The notes under the pieces were generated by a model. That model did not search any database, was not told the DNA's origin, and saw only the letters and a program-made list of their open reading frames with translations. The translations under genes were made by a program, and so were the position numbers. From Lobosporangium transversale (Eukaryota), in assembly GCF_002105155.1 (NCBI RefSeq), contig NW_019028979.1:1364001-1428000 (forward strand): a stretch of DNA of 64,000 bases, in the 5' to 3' direction. Positions 1 through 11,681 of this stretch are shown piece by piece (the stretch's first letter is position 1; the number at the start of each line of letters is the position of its first letter).

Positions 1-1202
1 CTCCGCTACCAGCATCATCACAACCACAGCCTTCATTGCCCTCAGAGCTTTTACTCTGTGCAACAGCTCGCAACATTTATCTCCTCAGTCAAGATCATCC
101 ACCACCACCAAATAGGCGTACAAAAACATATAGCTCGAGACTAGCATCGGCAAGAGACTCTTTGGAAAGCCTCCAGTCAGACCCTCCTGATGAAGGCTTG
201 ATTACCCATAATGAGCTGTTGATGTGGCACAGTAACCTATTTCAAGACGAAGACCCCGACTACGATTCAGATCCGTATTATGACTATACTATGGATGAGC
301 TTATGGGCACTGCGGACGATGATAGCAATAGTGGTGATAGTGAGAGTGATGATGACAACGATGACGATGACCCTTATGCGCATCACCACCATCACGATAA
401 TGATGTTGACATGGATGATCAGGATGATGAGGAGGAAGGAGTCCAGGAAGGAGGAGAAGGTCAGATTCCAGCTCTTTATACTATCTCTGTCGCACGTGCA
501 GCTGTTGCAAGAGCCGACGGACGACGATTTCATTTCCTGGAACATTTTGATCGCATCTTCAATATATTGCTGATCCCGGAACTAAATGTCCTCATTGCAG
601 CCAGCCAGAAGGGCGCAGTGACCATTTTTCGGTTGCTGAAGGTCTTAGACGATCCATCATGCTCAGAAACTTTGACAGCTGAAACTGCTACATCAGCAGC
701 AGGAGCATCGTCGACAACATTGCCCACGGGCTCAACGCGAAAAGGGAGTGTAGCAGAGTGTAGCATTAGCAGTATGGAGCATAAGCTTACTGGAGACGCG
801 CTGACAGGAGCAGGAGTAGACAACGAGGCAAGAAAGAGAATGAAAAAGAAGGCAGCGGCAGAGGGCGAAGGGATGGACCATTCAAACGATGACAAGAGCC
901 AGCATAACAGCCGCGACCATGACCGTGACAAAGAGCATGAGCCAAAGTTTAAAGCTACCAACAAGCCCGTGGAACGATTCGTACTCTTCCCAGAAGTATA
1001 TCTTCCTCGGCTGGAGCCCCCACCACAGCCACTCTTTGGTGTCTCGGTCGTCCCTCTATGTTCGCCTTCATCTTCGTCAGCATCTGCATCATCAGTGTTC
1101 CTGTTGCATCTGGCCTATATTGACACTCAGTTTTATAGTTATGAAATCCGTCTTCGAAACGAAAAGGATGATACTGTCGCTTTGAATAACATTTTTGTAT
1201 AG
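1..1202 (+). CDS. C-terminal part of a CRT10-like protein (putative cullin-ligase adaptor); 5' end lies outside the window
   Basis: Frame runs to TAG at 1200-1202. Motif FDRIFNILLIPELNVLIAASQKGAVTIFRL resembles the conserved fungal CRT10-family segment (recognised by eye); acidic low-complexity insert. Confidence 0.6.
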   Translation, partial: PLPASSQPQPSLPSELLLCATARNIYLLSQDHPPPPNRRTKTYSSRLASARDSLESLQSDPPDEGLITHNELLMWHSNLFQDEDPDYDSDPYYDYTMDELMGTADDDSNSGDSESDDDNDDDDPYAHHHHHDNDVDMDDQDDEEEGVQEGGEGQIPALYTISVARAAVARADGRRFHFLEHFDRIFNILLIPELNVLIAASQKGAVTIFRLLKVLDDPSCSETLTAETATSAAGASSTTLPTGSTRKGSVAECSISSMEHKLTGDALTGAGVDNEARKRMKKKAAAEGEGMDHSNDDKSQHNSRDHDRDKEHEPKFKATNKPVERFVLFPEVYLPRLEPPPQPLFGVSVVPLCSPSSSSASASSVFLLHLAYIDTQFYSYEIRLRNEKDDTVALNNIFV

Positions 1203-1241
1203 TATATATAGTTTATCAAGAGACTTTCTTCCTCTTTGATT

Positions 1242-1276
<35 letters not shown>

Positions 1277-1395
1277 GGCTGTAAACGAATAAGGTTCATG
1301 TGAGAGGTTTTGTAATATTGGCACTATAGTTTTTTTTATTAGGCGACGTTGCAGCTTTAATGTCATGCTTCTGAACATCTTTGAAATATTCTTAT

Positions 1396-4300
1396 CTATA
1401 TCAAGATATAGTCATCTAGATCCTCTGCCACTGCAGGATGGTCACCTTCCGTGGCATTGCTCTTGTCTTGAGAATCAAGGCTTGCTTGAATTTGAGTACT
1501 TTTATGTTCGGATGTCTGTTCCTGTATTTGATCCTGTGCTTGTTCTTGGGCTTGATTCTGATGATTAATAGAGACAGGTGTAGACATGCGGATGTCCTCT
1601 CTGTCCTCCGAGGTATCGTCAAGGCGCATGGGTGACTCATTTCCTTGCTCATGCCCCTGCTCCTGCTCCTGCTCCTGCTCTTGTTGCTCAACATGCGATG
1701 CGTGGCGATGATGCCGCTGAGTAGGGTAATAAGGACAGGTCGACAAGTGTGATCGGGAGCCCAATGTCAATGATGACATTTCATATTGCTCAATCATTGC
1801 TGTACTAGCACTCGTTCTGAAAGTTGATGATGATGATGAGCCAGAGCCAGAGCCAGAGCCAGAGAGACATTGATTGCTCTCTGCTTCAAGTGTCTCCTGC
1901 GATGGATATGTATAGTGATGATGGAGATGCTGTCGAAGATGCTGACGCTGGAAATCGAGTAATTGACGCTGCTGCTTCATTAGCTTTCTCATTTCTGCAT
2001 AGTCGCGTTCAGCCTGCTCCAAGTCCTCCATCTGTTGCTCCAACTCCAATGCTTCATTCTCCTGTTGTTGTAGTTGCTCTAGTTGCTCTTGATCATTTGC
2101 CTCCATTGTTGTCGACATTGTGGTTATATCGACTGGTTCAGATCCTGATGCCGTCGCTGCCGCTGCCGCTGTCTCTGCAGCCTGCACAGCCAAGTTTTGG
2201 ACATGGGTCTCGGTCTCTCTCAAAGTCAGACCTAGATGGGCCATAATGGCAGACGAATGTTGTCCTCCTACCACCATCGATGCGACAGTTGATCCCATGA
2301 TTCTATAGTTTCTCTGGATGCTTGAAAGGGTTGCTGATGGTATCGCTGGATGATCTTGCATATACTGCCGAAGCTCCCGGACTCCCTTTCCTGAAAACAC
2401 ACAAAAGACTTCACGCTGATGTTCTGTAAACTCTGAAGGGGGAACTCTACAAAATTTTTGGTATCGTGGAGACATGAATGCTGGAACTCCTGTGACAGAA
2501 AGATGGGTTAACTTTGTACATTGGTTCACCAAGGCCGCCACAGCTGTGTCCGAAAGATGTACACAATATGATAGATGCACTCGCTCCAATGTCTGGGGCA
2601 CGACTTGGGAGACCAACATTGCATAAATACCATGATCGGTAATGTTGGAGCATTTGACCAAGCCAATCCTGCGAAGCTTTGGTAATTGGGCCATCGCGAA
2701 GACTGCAGCATCTGTAAGTTTAGAGCAGCAAGCCATATCAAGATATCGGATGCGAGTGCAGTGCTGTGTCAGTGTGGTAATGGCCTTGTCTGTCAATTTT
2801 GAGCAATGACCTAAATGCAGATAATGCAGATGCTTGCCCAGGATTTTGATTAAGCTGGCGCCCGCATCCGTGATTTTATCGCATTTTGTTAGAGCCAAGT
2901 TGCGGAGTCGGGGAGCAGCGGGTATAATCCTGGCTAAAGTCTCATCTGTGATGTGGGCACATGAAGTCAAGTTCAAGACACGAAGCTGCTCAAACCGAAT
3001 GGTGGATGATATGCCCTGCGATGGTGATGATGACGAAGTCAAAGCCAATGTAGATCCAATGGGAATAGAAGAAAACGCCTGATCCGTAAGGTTGGTGAGA
3101 AGTGTCATGTTGATATCCCGAATTTGAGATAGGGTCTTGAAGACGATGTGAATGGCGTTGTTGGTCATAAGGTTACAATTGGTGACATCAATCTCCATGA
3201 GCTGCGGACAGGACTGTATGAGCGCAAAGATGGATCGGTCTGTCAATAGAACACATTGGCCCAATTTGATCTAAATAGGAGACAAGACAGTTTTTATGTC
3301 AGGAAAAAAAGCAAATATCATGAGCAAAATTAGGAGAAAGGAGTTATCATTGTTGCCCCATGATGCATGCATAGCATGTGTTATTATGACGTGAATGTAG
3401 ATAAAAACAATAAAAATAATCAGTGAGGCGAGTGTGAAATATCCCAATTATCACACTACAGCAATAATATAGTTGTAATACGATTGGGTATAATTTGTTC
3501 CTTCAGGACACCAATCCAAATCATACGATACGATTAAAAAAAAAAAAAAAAAAAAGTATTATTCCACCACTCCATCCATGTCCTGGCTTTTGAATATAAA
3601 CTCTTCCGCCTATTGTGGAAAACAAAACAAAATCCCCCCAAGTGCACACTAAGAGGACTGATACAGAAGTAGGTATTGAAAAGATGTCCTATATTTAAAT
3701 AGGGATATGTTGGGTGTATGAACGTGGAGTGTGATGCTGATGAACTTACTCGCTTTAGGCTTCGGCAACTGGCTGCTAGTTTTATGATTGAGTCATCTGT
3801 CAAGGCTGCACAGCCTGTCAAGTAGAGTGTATGAAGCTTTGGGCAATGAACTGCAACATGTTCCAAAACTGAATCTGTGACAGCTGGGATGTCGGACAGA
3901 TCAAGGGAGTACAGTCCCCGCCCAACCTTCAAGATCTGTTTCAGCCCTTCCTCAGTGGTTTTAGTACAACCAGGCAACATCAATCGTTCAAGTCGAGTAC
4001 AGCGATCGAATTGTACCAGTAATTCATCTGTCAGATCGTGTGCCAACATTGAAAAGTTTAGTCTCCGGATATAGTCTGCATAAGGGAAGACGGTCTGGGA
4101 TCTGTCCAAGGAGAGTGTTGAGCAGATTTTATGAACAAGCGAAAGGTTCAGAAGTGAAGGGCGAGACCAGAGAAGGTCCATTCCACAAGAGCACCAGAGT
4201 TTGCAGACCAGGATTGCGGACCGCAAGTCCTGTGGAGTGGTCAGGAACCTGAAGATGTGCAAAGTGAGCTCCAGAGGGATTGTCAGGCAGTATTGCTGCT

Positions 4301-4898
4301 GTTCTAATGTCTTGTTCTGGGGTTGTTCATACTCTTGTTTATATACATGTGATGTCTGTTTTTGTTCTTTATCTTGCTCTTCTTGCTCTTCTTCTTCTTC
4401 TTCTTCTTCTTCTTCTTCTTCTTCTACTTCTTGCTCCTGTTCCCATTGTTCATCATTATCAGAGAGTTGTTGTATTGATTGATGATTATTTGTTGTAGAG
4501 GTAAGAGTGGAAGTAATACCAGTGTGGTCTAGGTCCATGTCGGAAGTGGAAGTGGAAGTGGAAGAAGAAGAGGAGGAGGATGATTTTTTAGCCTTGTCCT
4601 TGACTGAATGTGTACTTGTGCCAGTTAGACTTGTGGTTGTTGTGCCTGAGCAGTCTAAGGTTGCATAGACATCGTCTTGGTCTTGCTCAGCGCAGGGGGT
4701 AGTGCTCTGAGAGGAGGTAACGGAGAGTGAAGCGAGGGAAGAAGAAGGCAAGGGCAGTGACATGGGCAAGGGCGAAGGTGAGGGCGAAGGCGAGGATGGG
4801 GAAGACCGGAGAGGAGAAGAAGGTGAAGGAGGAGAGGATTGGAAAGGTTGTAATGTTGAATGTGAGTGTGAGGGAGAGTCGATATCCATGGTATCCAT
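1396..4898 (-). CDS. GRR1: SCF F-box/LRR protein Grr1 homolog; exons 4898-3750 and 3270-1396
   Basis: F-box (IPLELTLHIF...LVCKLW), many cysteine-containing LRRs, Grr1-typical C-terminal motif FCRVPPSEFTEHQREVFCVFSGKGV. GTAAGT donor at 3749 and TAG acceptor at 3271 join the two ORFs in frame. Confidence 0.9.
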
Positions 4899-5025
4899 TT
4901 GGTTTAGAAGGAAAGTAGAGGCAACAAACAGTTGCAGAGAGGAAGGAGTAAAGTAAGATGAACCGAAAAGAGAGGAAAGAATGAGAATGGAATGTCAAGG
5001 TGAATGTGTCAATGTCAATGTAAAA

Positions 5026-5125
5026 GTGAATGTGAATGTGAATGTGAATGTGAATGTGAATGTGAATGTGAATGTGAATGTGAATGGGTAAATGTAAATG
5101 TAAATGTGAATGGAATGTGAATGTG
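5026..5125. repeat. (GTGAAT)n / (GTAAAT)n hexanucleotide microsatellite upstream of GRR1
   Basis: About 10 perfect GTGAAT units followed by degenerate units. Confidence 0.9.
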
Positions 5126-5933
5126 AAAAAAGAAAGGGAAAAAAGGGAGGAAAAGGGAAAAATAAAAAAAGGGTTAAAAAAAAAAAAAAATTAGTTTTTT
5201 GGGCCAGACAGACCCAAAAACCATTTTCACATTCATCAACATTTTAATCTCATGTTTAATCGAGAGGGCAATGTATTACAAAAGGCTTTTTTGGGGTCAA
5301 CACGTATGATCTTGACTAAAAAAGTTTTTCTTTCTTTTTGATCTTTGGTTTCAGGACAAAATGAACATGACAGTGGTATTCTTCCTTCCCCGATCTTGAG
5401 ATCTTCTTCTTGTCATGCAGAATAGCAATGCTCAGGCGATGCTTTCTTCCTCTTACGATAATATCTCTTTTGCCTGATCAAATCAACCCTTGGGAGGTCA
5501 GGGCAAGACAACGAAGTCATGCTTTCAATCCATGCTCGATTGGATCCACCATCAAGATCGAGTCAAATAATGCGCAATAACCTGGCCATGTATGATCTGA
5601 ATAACTGTTAAACCCCAATCCTTCCTTCCTTCCTCTCTTGCATCTCTATCGCTTTCTGTCCTACACACTAACGCATCATCATGTTCAAACATGGCTATCT
5701 CCATTACTAGCAAACATGTATTCCCAAGCTCATCATTCCATTTTAGTTTTATTTCTCTTTACTTTTTATTTTTTATTTATATTTTTGCTCACCTCCCCAT
5801 CTTTCTCCACTGTATCTCCCTATGCTCATAGCCTATTTATTTTAGAACAGAAATCGGACTTGATTAGAAACATGGAAAGCTGTGTGGTTCCTTTTGCTTT
5901 TACTGGCTGATATCTATACGACCTATAGACTCT

Positions 5934-5964
<31 letters not shown>

Positions 5965-6151
5965 AGCGCATGGATCACCATTTGGTGTCTGCGCTCTTGT
6001 TTGTTTTTTTTTTTAAAAAGCCTTTTTTGTGTTCTTGCAGATCTGTCAATAGCCACAATGTGTCAATTTATGTATTTCATCGTCGCCGACATTTATAAAA
6101 ATAAAATAAAAATAAAATAATAAAGTAATACACTTTTACTTTTTCCTTCAC

Positions 6152-8125
6152 CTAACTATTAGTCATGAACCTATGCTTTAACTTCCCCCCCACCACCGAG
6201 CTCATATAGTAGCCTGTTGCAGAATTTCCACAAAGACTTTCAAGCTTCGGCCAACTCTGGACCATCCACATGATCGCATCCTTGGATATCCTCATCCCTG
6301 ACCCAGTCATGAAATCTATACTTCTCAGTTCCTGTAATCTTTCCAGCTGCCCTAGTCCCGATTCCAAAAGCCATTCAATCCTTCCCCCCTGCTTACTCCC
6401 TGTTCTCTGAATATGATAGTTCCGGCCCAAATCAAGGTGTCTTAAGCGAGTCAGCTTTGATAGATGTTCAAATATTAAACGTGAAAGCCGTTGGTCTTCC
6501 CTACCATCACATTTCGTAGTCGAGCCCGAGTCCAAGCCCAATACCTCAGAGTCTGATTGTGAGTCTAAAAGACTGTACCGTGATCCTCGTTCTTTTGGTG
6601 CACCTGCCCGGGTCACGTCTATAAAAACTTTCCACGTTTGTAGTCCCAAACAAACCCAAGGCCCTACACTTGCGCCTTCCTCAATGTCTGACACGTGTAT
6701 ACAGTTGGCTGTCAAATGCTCCAACATTGGACAAGACATCAGCATTTGTTGAACCATCTTTCCTGTAATGTCTGAGCATAGACCCAGATCTAACGTTTGG
6801 ATTTGAGAAAAATACCTTCCCAGTGCACTCACTGATTGTTCTTGTAAACTAAGGCTCCGTAACCGAACTAGCTTCAACTTTGTCCCAGCCCGTTTTAATA
6901 GTTCTGTTAAAAACTCTTCTGGAATGACTCTACCCTTGCCTCGATTACAGGTGATAGAAATAGACTCAAGTCCTGGCCAATGACGCTGATTCTGGTCATG
7001 GTCATGGCCATTGCGTCCTCCTCCTTGCTTTTGACAATGACAACGATGACCTTGCAAGCCAATATATTCCGTTATGGCGTCTTCAACCCGCGTGTTGCGA
7101 TAGCTTTGGTGGATATTCCATTGTAGTGACAAAAGTCCAAAACTCTGTGCAATAAACACCTTGAATTGAGTCATAGGTGTCATCCCCCGAATATTCTCCA
7201 ACACTAAATCCTCAAGTCTCAACGATGGTTCAAACGATCCTTGATCGACAATTCCTCCTATCCTTCTCTCTACCTCTGTCTGTGTCTTCATTGATGATAA
7301 GAATGGATGGTCAATGAGTAAATCTGAAAGCCTTACTCTCTTTAGATGAGGACCTGCTGATCTCCAGAGAAGCATCAAATTAGCTAGGCCGATTTCTCGC
7401 CCAACTATACTCAGACTTGTCAGTCGTGCAGAAGAAGGGCCGAATAGATGGGACTGCGGGGGAAAACAATCCACAACAGCTTCCCAGAATGCCCTGGATG
7501 GTATATTGGCTGGTTTCGAGAATCCAAGATTGACGTCAAGAGCTCTCAATGTATGTCGGTTTCGACGAACAAATAAAGCGAGTCGGCTCCATGCGTCGAG
7601 GCTATCATCATCTGCATATTCTCTTTCGGCTTTCACATCGTCCTCATCGTCGTTGTTCCGGTGATAACTATCTTCCAGCTGGATGTTATTACTACCGCTG
7701 TCGCTCTGTACACTATCCTCGTCAGAGGCATCGCCTTCCGACGGTAGTAAGTCCCAATTAATGGGTTGATTTTCATGGATAGTTCTATGTGATTCAGTCC
7801 CAGGAAGGGATAAGTACTCTAATCTTGTGCAATAGATGCTGACTGAAATATCGTACTGGGTCAATGGCCCTCCGTCAAAGATCAGTGACCTTGTATTGTG
7901 TGCATTGGCTTGAAAGAGAGAACGGAAGTTTATTGGTAGCTCTGATGAGCGAGAACGTGACATGGATCGTGAAGTGTAAATGGACATATTTCGCCAAAGC
8001 AAAGGGGTGAAGGACTTCTGCCAGGCTTTGCAAACAACCATACACTGCAATAGATCTTTTCGCGTCAGACATAAACCCACAAGGAGCCGGATCTCAGGCA
8101 TGTCGAGGGGGCTATTTGTGTTCAT
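6152..8125 (-). CDS. Intronless F-box/LRR (RNI-like) protein, 657 aa
   Basis: N-terminal PLDMPEI...LLQCMVVCKAW F-box-like motif; family motifs MLMSCPMLEHL, PWVCLGL, IFEHLSKLTRLRHL, WMVQSWPKL. Confidence 0.85.
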   Translation of the reverse strand: MNTNSPLDMPEIRLLVGLCLTRKDLLQCMVVCKAWQKSFTPLLWRNMSIYTSRSMSRSRSSELPINFRSLFQANAHNTRSLIFDGGPLTQYDISVSIYCTRLEYLSLPGTESHRTIHENQPINWDLLPSEGDASDEDSVQSDSGSNNIQLEDSYHRNNDDEDDVKAEREYADDDSLDAWSRLALFVRRNRHTLRALDVNLGFSKPANIPSRAFWEAVVDCFPPQSHLFGPSSARLTSLSIVGREIGLANLMLLWRSAGPHLKRVRLSDLLIDHPFLSSMKTQTEVERRIGGIVDQGSFEPSLRLEDLVLENIRGMTPMTQFKVFIAQSFGLLSLQWNIHQSYRNTRVEDAITEYIGLQGHRCHCQKQGGGRNGHDHDQNQRHWPGLESISITCNRGKGRVIPEEFLTELLKRAGTKLKLVRLRSLSLQEQSVSALGRYFSQIQTLDLGLCSDITGKMVQQMLMSCPMLEHLTANCIHVSDIEEGASVGPWVCLGLQTWKVFIDVTRAGAPKERGSRYSLLDSQSDSEVLGLDSGSTTKCDGREDQRLSRLIFEHLSKLTRLRHLDLGRNYHIQRTGSKQGGRIEWLLESGLGQLERLQELRSIDFMTGSGMRISKDAIMWMVQSWPKLESLCGNSATGYYMSSVVGGKLKHRFMTNS

Positions 8126-8249
8126 GCTGTTTACAATGGCATTTCAATGTAAAAGATGAGGAGCAATGATCAATTTAACAAAATGATCTTTTTGTTTGGT
8201 TTTATTTTATCGCATTTGCCCGAGCTCACGACTCTTAAAATGATCAGAG

Positions 8250-8900
8250 TTTAAATTGGTAAATACGGTTGAGAACGCGCACCAATTATTCATCATCCAC
8301 TGCAGATCTTCTTGTTCCAGAGAGCCTAAAATCCAACGAACGTTGAGCATACTGTAAAGGTTTATAGTACGGTGTCATGCCCCGGGAGATTCTGTCAACC
8401 GAGTATCTTCCGGTGTAGGTGCTCGAGTCAAACCCAAAGACTCAAGAGATGGCCACGATTAACGAATGTTCTGTGCTGACATCGTCACCAACGGAAACTC
8501 GGATAGATCTTGAAATGAGCACATCAAACGCGTGATATTTGGACATTGTTTGATCCATGTGGTCAGCCACCTCTCAGGACTATCAAGATGATCCATCTTA
8601 AACAGCTCCAAGGATCGCATTTGCGGGCAAACAGAGGTTACAACTCTTCAGAACTCAATCTCCTATGCCTTGTTTGTAAACGCAGCGTTCATCAAGGAAA
8701 TTGATTGTAAATTTGTCTTTTGAAATAGCACCTAAGCAAAGAGGCTGTCTGCATTCAGGATTTTCAAGGGTAGTAGGTTGGGACACTGACTCAACAGCTT
8801 AAAAGGAATCCTCTGCCAGACCTTGAGGTCTTTGAGGAGTGAACAATGCTCCATTTACTTCAACATATGAGACAAAGTTTGCTCCTCATCATAAACCGCG
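8250..8900 (-). pseudogene. Degraded F-box/LRR family fragment
   Basis: Minus strand encodes LDFRL and LEQEDLQWMMNNW (about 8280-8335, different frames) and VCPQMRSF (about 8610-8635), matching C-terminal motifs of the neighbouring family; no long ORF. Boundaries approximate. Confidence 0.5.
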
Positions 8901-9148
8901 AGTGAACGCCAGAGAATTGAAATGAAATGACTATACCATTGCTTGCAGACTCGCGTGCAGATGGGACTAGGTTCCTATGAAGATAGACCGCAATATAGAG
9001 TTCACACGTAGTTGAAAAAGGGTTTGCTTCACTTGTTTTCATCGACATGATAAATGGATATTTATATTTGAAATGTTGCAAAAAAGACAACGATATTGTT
9101 GTCACGACTGTTGCTATTATGTTAATGGATTACTACTATTGTCTTTAT

Positions 9149-10585
9149 TTAGCTTCCATTGAATGTCCTCATATTCTCATATTTCTTGTTTAACAAGGCA
9201 CCATTCTTCGCTTGATCGCTGTTCATTGGGCCCATGACATCGATGAACTTTGGCCAATGGTCTATCATCCACTGCAAATCTTCCATCTCCATAGTCTGAT
9301 TAACTCTCTCTGTTAGATAAATATGCATCATACACTTGAGTGGCTCAAGTTTATCCAGGCCACTAATCACGCGGATGTCAAGAGATGGGTATGGGGAGTT
9401 GGAAGGGACATGTAAAAAAAGCGTGACCAGACGCTTTAGCTGCGATAGCAGCGCAAAGATAAATCTATGCGTAGATGGATTGCACTTGATAGGAAACTCA
9501 AATTCGATGCCGAAACTCTGCAAAGTCCCACTACAAGCCCAAGGCGTCGATTGACATTTCAAGACGTCATTCACAGGTGCATAAGCACCATGTAGCGTTA
9601 CTAGCTTCGGGCAAGATATTAAAATTTCATGGGTCATCTCCCATGTTACCACTCTGTGCTCCTTTGCTTCCTCATAAGTATCCGGAGACGGGAGCAAAAG
9701 CTTCTCAAGATGTGAGAAGTGGGGCCGTAAAGCTGCATATGATAGCGGACCAAAGTCTGAGCGCATAGTCCAAAGCTCCTTGATTTGTCGCATCCCACTT
9801 AGAACAGCCGCCAACGCCCTATCAGAAATGTTGCAGTATGATAATTCTAATCTTTCTAAACGAGGCCAGAGCTCCGTCACAGTAAGAGATGACAACATCC
9901 TCAAAGGAAGCGAGCCCGCATGGGACGAATAAGCCAAAGTCTGCAAATTGGGACAGCGAGCGATCCAGTTATCGATATCTTGCAGCGATATGCCATTGAC
10001 GACTGTTATTTCCAACTTCCGAAGCGGGGTAAACAGCAATGACGATGGTGGGCCTTGCGGTAAATGTGTCAAAGAGATTTTGAGCTTTTCTAAACGCGGG
10101 CAGATGTTCCAAAAGCAGCCGATTGATAGAATACTAAAGTCCAGTTTACACACTGATAAAGACTTGAGTTGTGGCAATCCTACCTCTGCAGTCCTCCAAA
10201 ATGAACACTCATCCGCAAACTTGACATCATATAGGTCGAGAGTGGAGAGTTGTTGTTTGAGGGCGAGGGTATGAGGGCCGAGGTCTTTTGTGGAGTTGAG
10301 GTTCATATAGGTCAGATTAGGCGAAAATAATACGAGATAGGCTTGCCTCTTTTTGCTGCTGCTGAACTTCTTGATAAGATGTCCATATTTAATTATTTGT
10401 GCAAGAGGAGGGAGCATCTTCCTGTTGTAATCAGAATCCTCAAAGCCATGCCAAAGAGAAGGGAAAAAGAATGTATGCCATTTCTTACACACAAGAATGC
10501 AACAGGCAAGATCTATGCGACGCAAGTATTTATTGATGGAACGGCGAAGCTCTGGTAACTCGAAAGGGCTTGTTACCTCTGGCAT
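9149..10585 (-). CDS. Intronless F-box/LRR protein (ATG start MPEVTSPFELPEL)
   Basis: PFELPELR...CILVCKKW; ILISCPKL, PWAC, IFALLSQLKRL, EDLQWMIDHWP. Confidence 0.85.
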   Translation of the reverse strand: MPEVTSPFELPELRRSINKYLRRIDLACCILVCKKWHTFFFPSLWHGFEDSDYNRKMLPPLAQIIKYGHLIKKFSSSKKRQAYLVLFSPNLTYMNLNSTKDLGPHTLALKQQLSTLDLYDVKFADECSFWRTAEVGLPQLKSLSVCKLDFSILSIGCFWNICPRLEKLKISLTHLPQGPPSSLLFTPLRKLEITVVNGISLQDIDNWIARCPNLQTLAYSSHAGSLPLRMLSSLTVTELWPRLERLELSYCNISDRALAAVLSGMRQIKELWTMRSDFGPLSYAALRPHFSHLEKLLLPSPDTYEEAKEHRVVTWEMTHEILISCPKLVTLHGAYAPVNDVLKCQSTPWACSGTLQSFGIEFEFPIKCNPSTHRFIFALLSQLKRLVTLFLHVPSNSPYPSLDIRVISGLDKLEPLKCMMHIYLTERVNQTMEMEDLQWMIDHWPKFIDVMGPMNSDQAKNGALLNKKYENMRTFNGS

Positions 10586-10677
10586 GACAAAAAAAACAAA
10601 AACAAATGACTTTGTCAATTGAAGAGCTCAAAGAAGAAATACCGCAGCAGTATTTGTAGTAAATGCGATAAAACCCC

Positions 10678-11394
10678 TTAGAGCCCTTGATTCCATTCAA
10701 CCATGTGTTCTTCTTCTTCTTCTGAAGAGTCATTGTTCAATTCCTCAAATCTCTTCAAATGATTTGATTGAATGACCCACTGTTTCAACTCTTCCTTGGT
10801 GATACCCTTGACAGTTTTGACTACTAATACTTGGAGCTTTCTGAATTCCATCGTCGGGTCAGGCCCATAAGCGAGTGTAGTACGAATGAGTTTGAGTGTC
10901 TCAATCCTTTGACAAATCATCCAAAAGTGCGGCACCGCATAAAAATCAACCACAGTATCACGAATGATCAAATGTTGAAGTCGATGTAAGTTTGTAGATA
11001 CAGTCTGCCAGAATCCAGACGCGTCAAGAAATCTTACGCGGTCCAGACAAAGACTTGTCAAGTATACTTTCCCTTGAAGTATTGACCCACAGAGATCCAT
11101 CGCAGATGCCAAGGCCAGATCACAGAGCTGTGCAGAAAATACAAGCGAATAATGAAGCGCAGTTCCTTGTAAAGCTAGCTTCTTGACTAAATGTCCATGT
11201 CTATGATATGAACTAATGGGTGGGATCTGGTTGGATCGAAAGAGGTCGACAAGCATATGCCTCCAAAAGATTGGCATTATGACTACGTTCCATCTTCGAC
11301 AAACCCGAAGACAGCGCGCCTGGTCGTCTTTGGGGATGGAAAGAGCAATCTTATGGAATAATTCCGCCACCTGGAAAGGGTCCTTTGGTAGCAT
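10678..11394 (-). CDS. C-terminally truncated F-box/LRR paralog (about 238 aa), possibly a pseudogene
   Basis: PFQVAEL...CLRVCRRW. Aligns by eye with the N-terminal half of the 9149-10585 protein (HGHLVKK / YGHLIKK, FWMICQR / FWNICPR) but lacks the C-terminal half. Confidence 0.7.
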   Translation of the reverse strand: MLPKDPFQVAELFHKIALSIPKDDQARCLRVCRRWNVVIMPIFWRHMLVDLFRSNQIPPISSYHRHGHLVKKLALQGTALHYSLVFSAQLCDLALASAMDLCGSILQGKVYLTSLCLDRVRFLDASGFWQTVSTNLHRLQHLIIRDTVVDFYAVPHFWMICQRIETLKLIRTTLAYGPDPTMEFRKLQVLVVKTVKGITKEELKQWVIQSNHLKRFEELNNDSSEEEEEHMVEWNQGL

Positions 11395-11634
11395 GATTTG
11401 ATTCAATGGGGCAACAATAAGTGGATATGCGTGAATAGGTGATACTGTTTTTTTTTCTTCAAGAAGTAAACTATCAAGTGAACATCAAAAAGATGTAAAG
11501 AGAAGACACTTGCATAAAATACTTACTGCGCGTTTTGATCTAAAAGAGGCTTTTTATTGGCTCATTTCATGTTTATATTGGTGGCAACACAGAGTCGGAA
11601 AAACTCGACAAATCAGGCTCTTTTCTCATTTCAC

Positions 11635-11665
<31 letters not shown>

Positions 11666-11681
11666 AAACAAGGAGGCCCAC

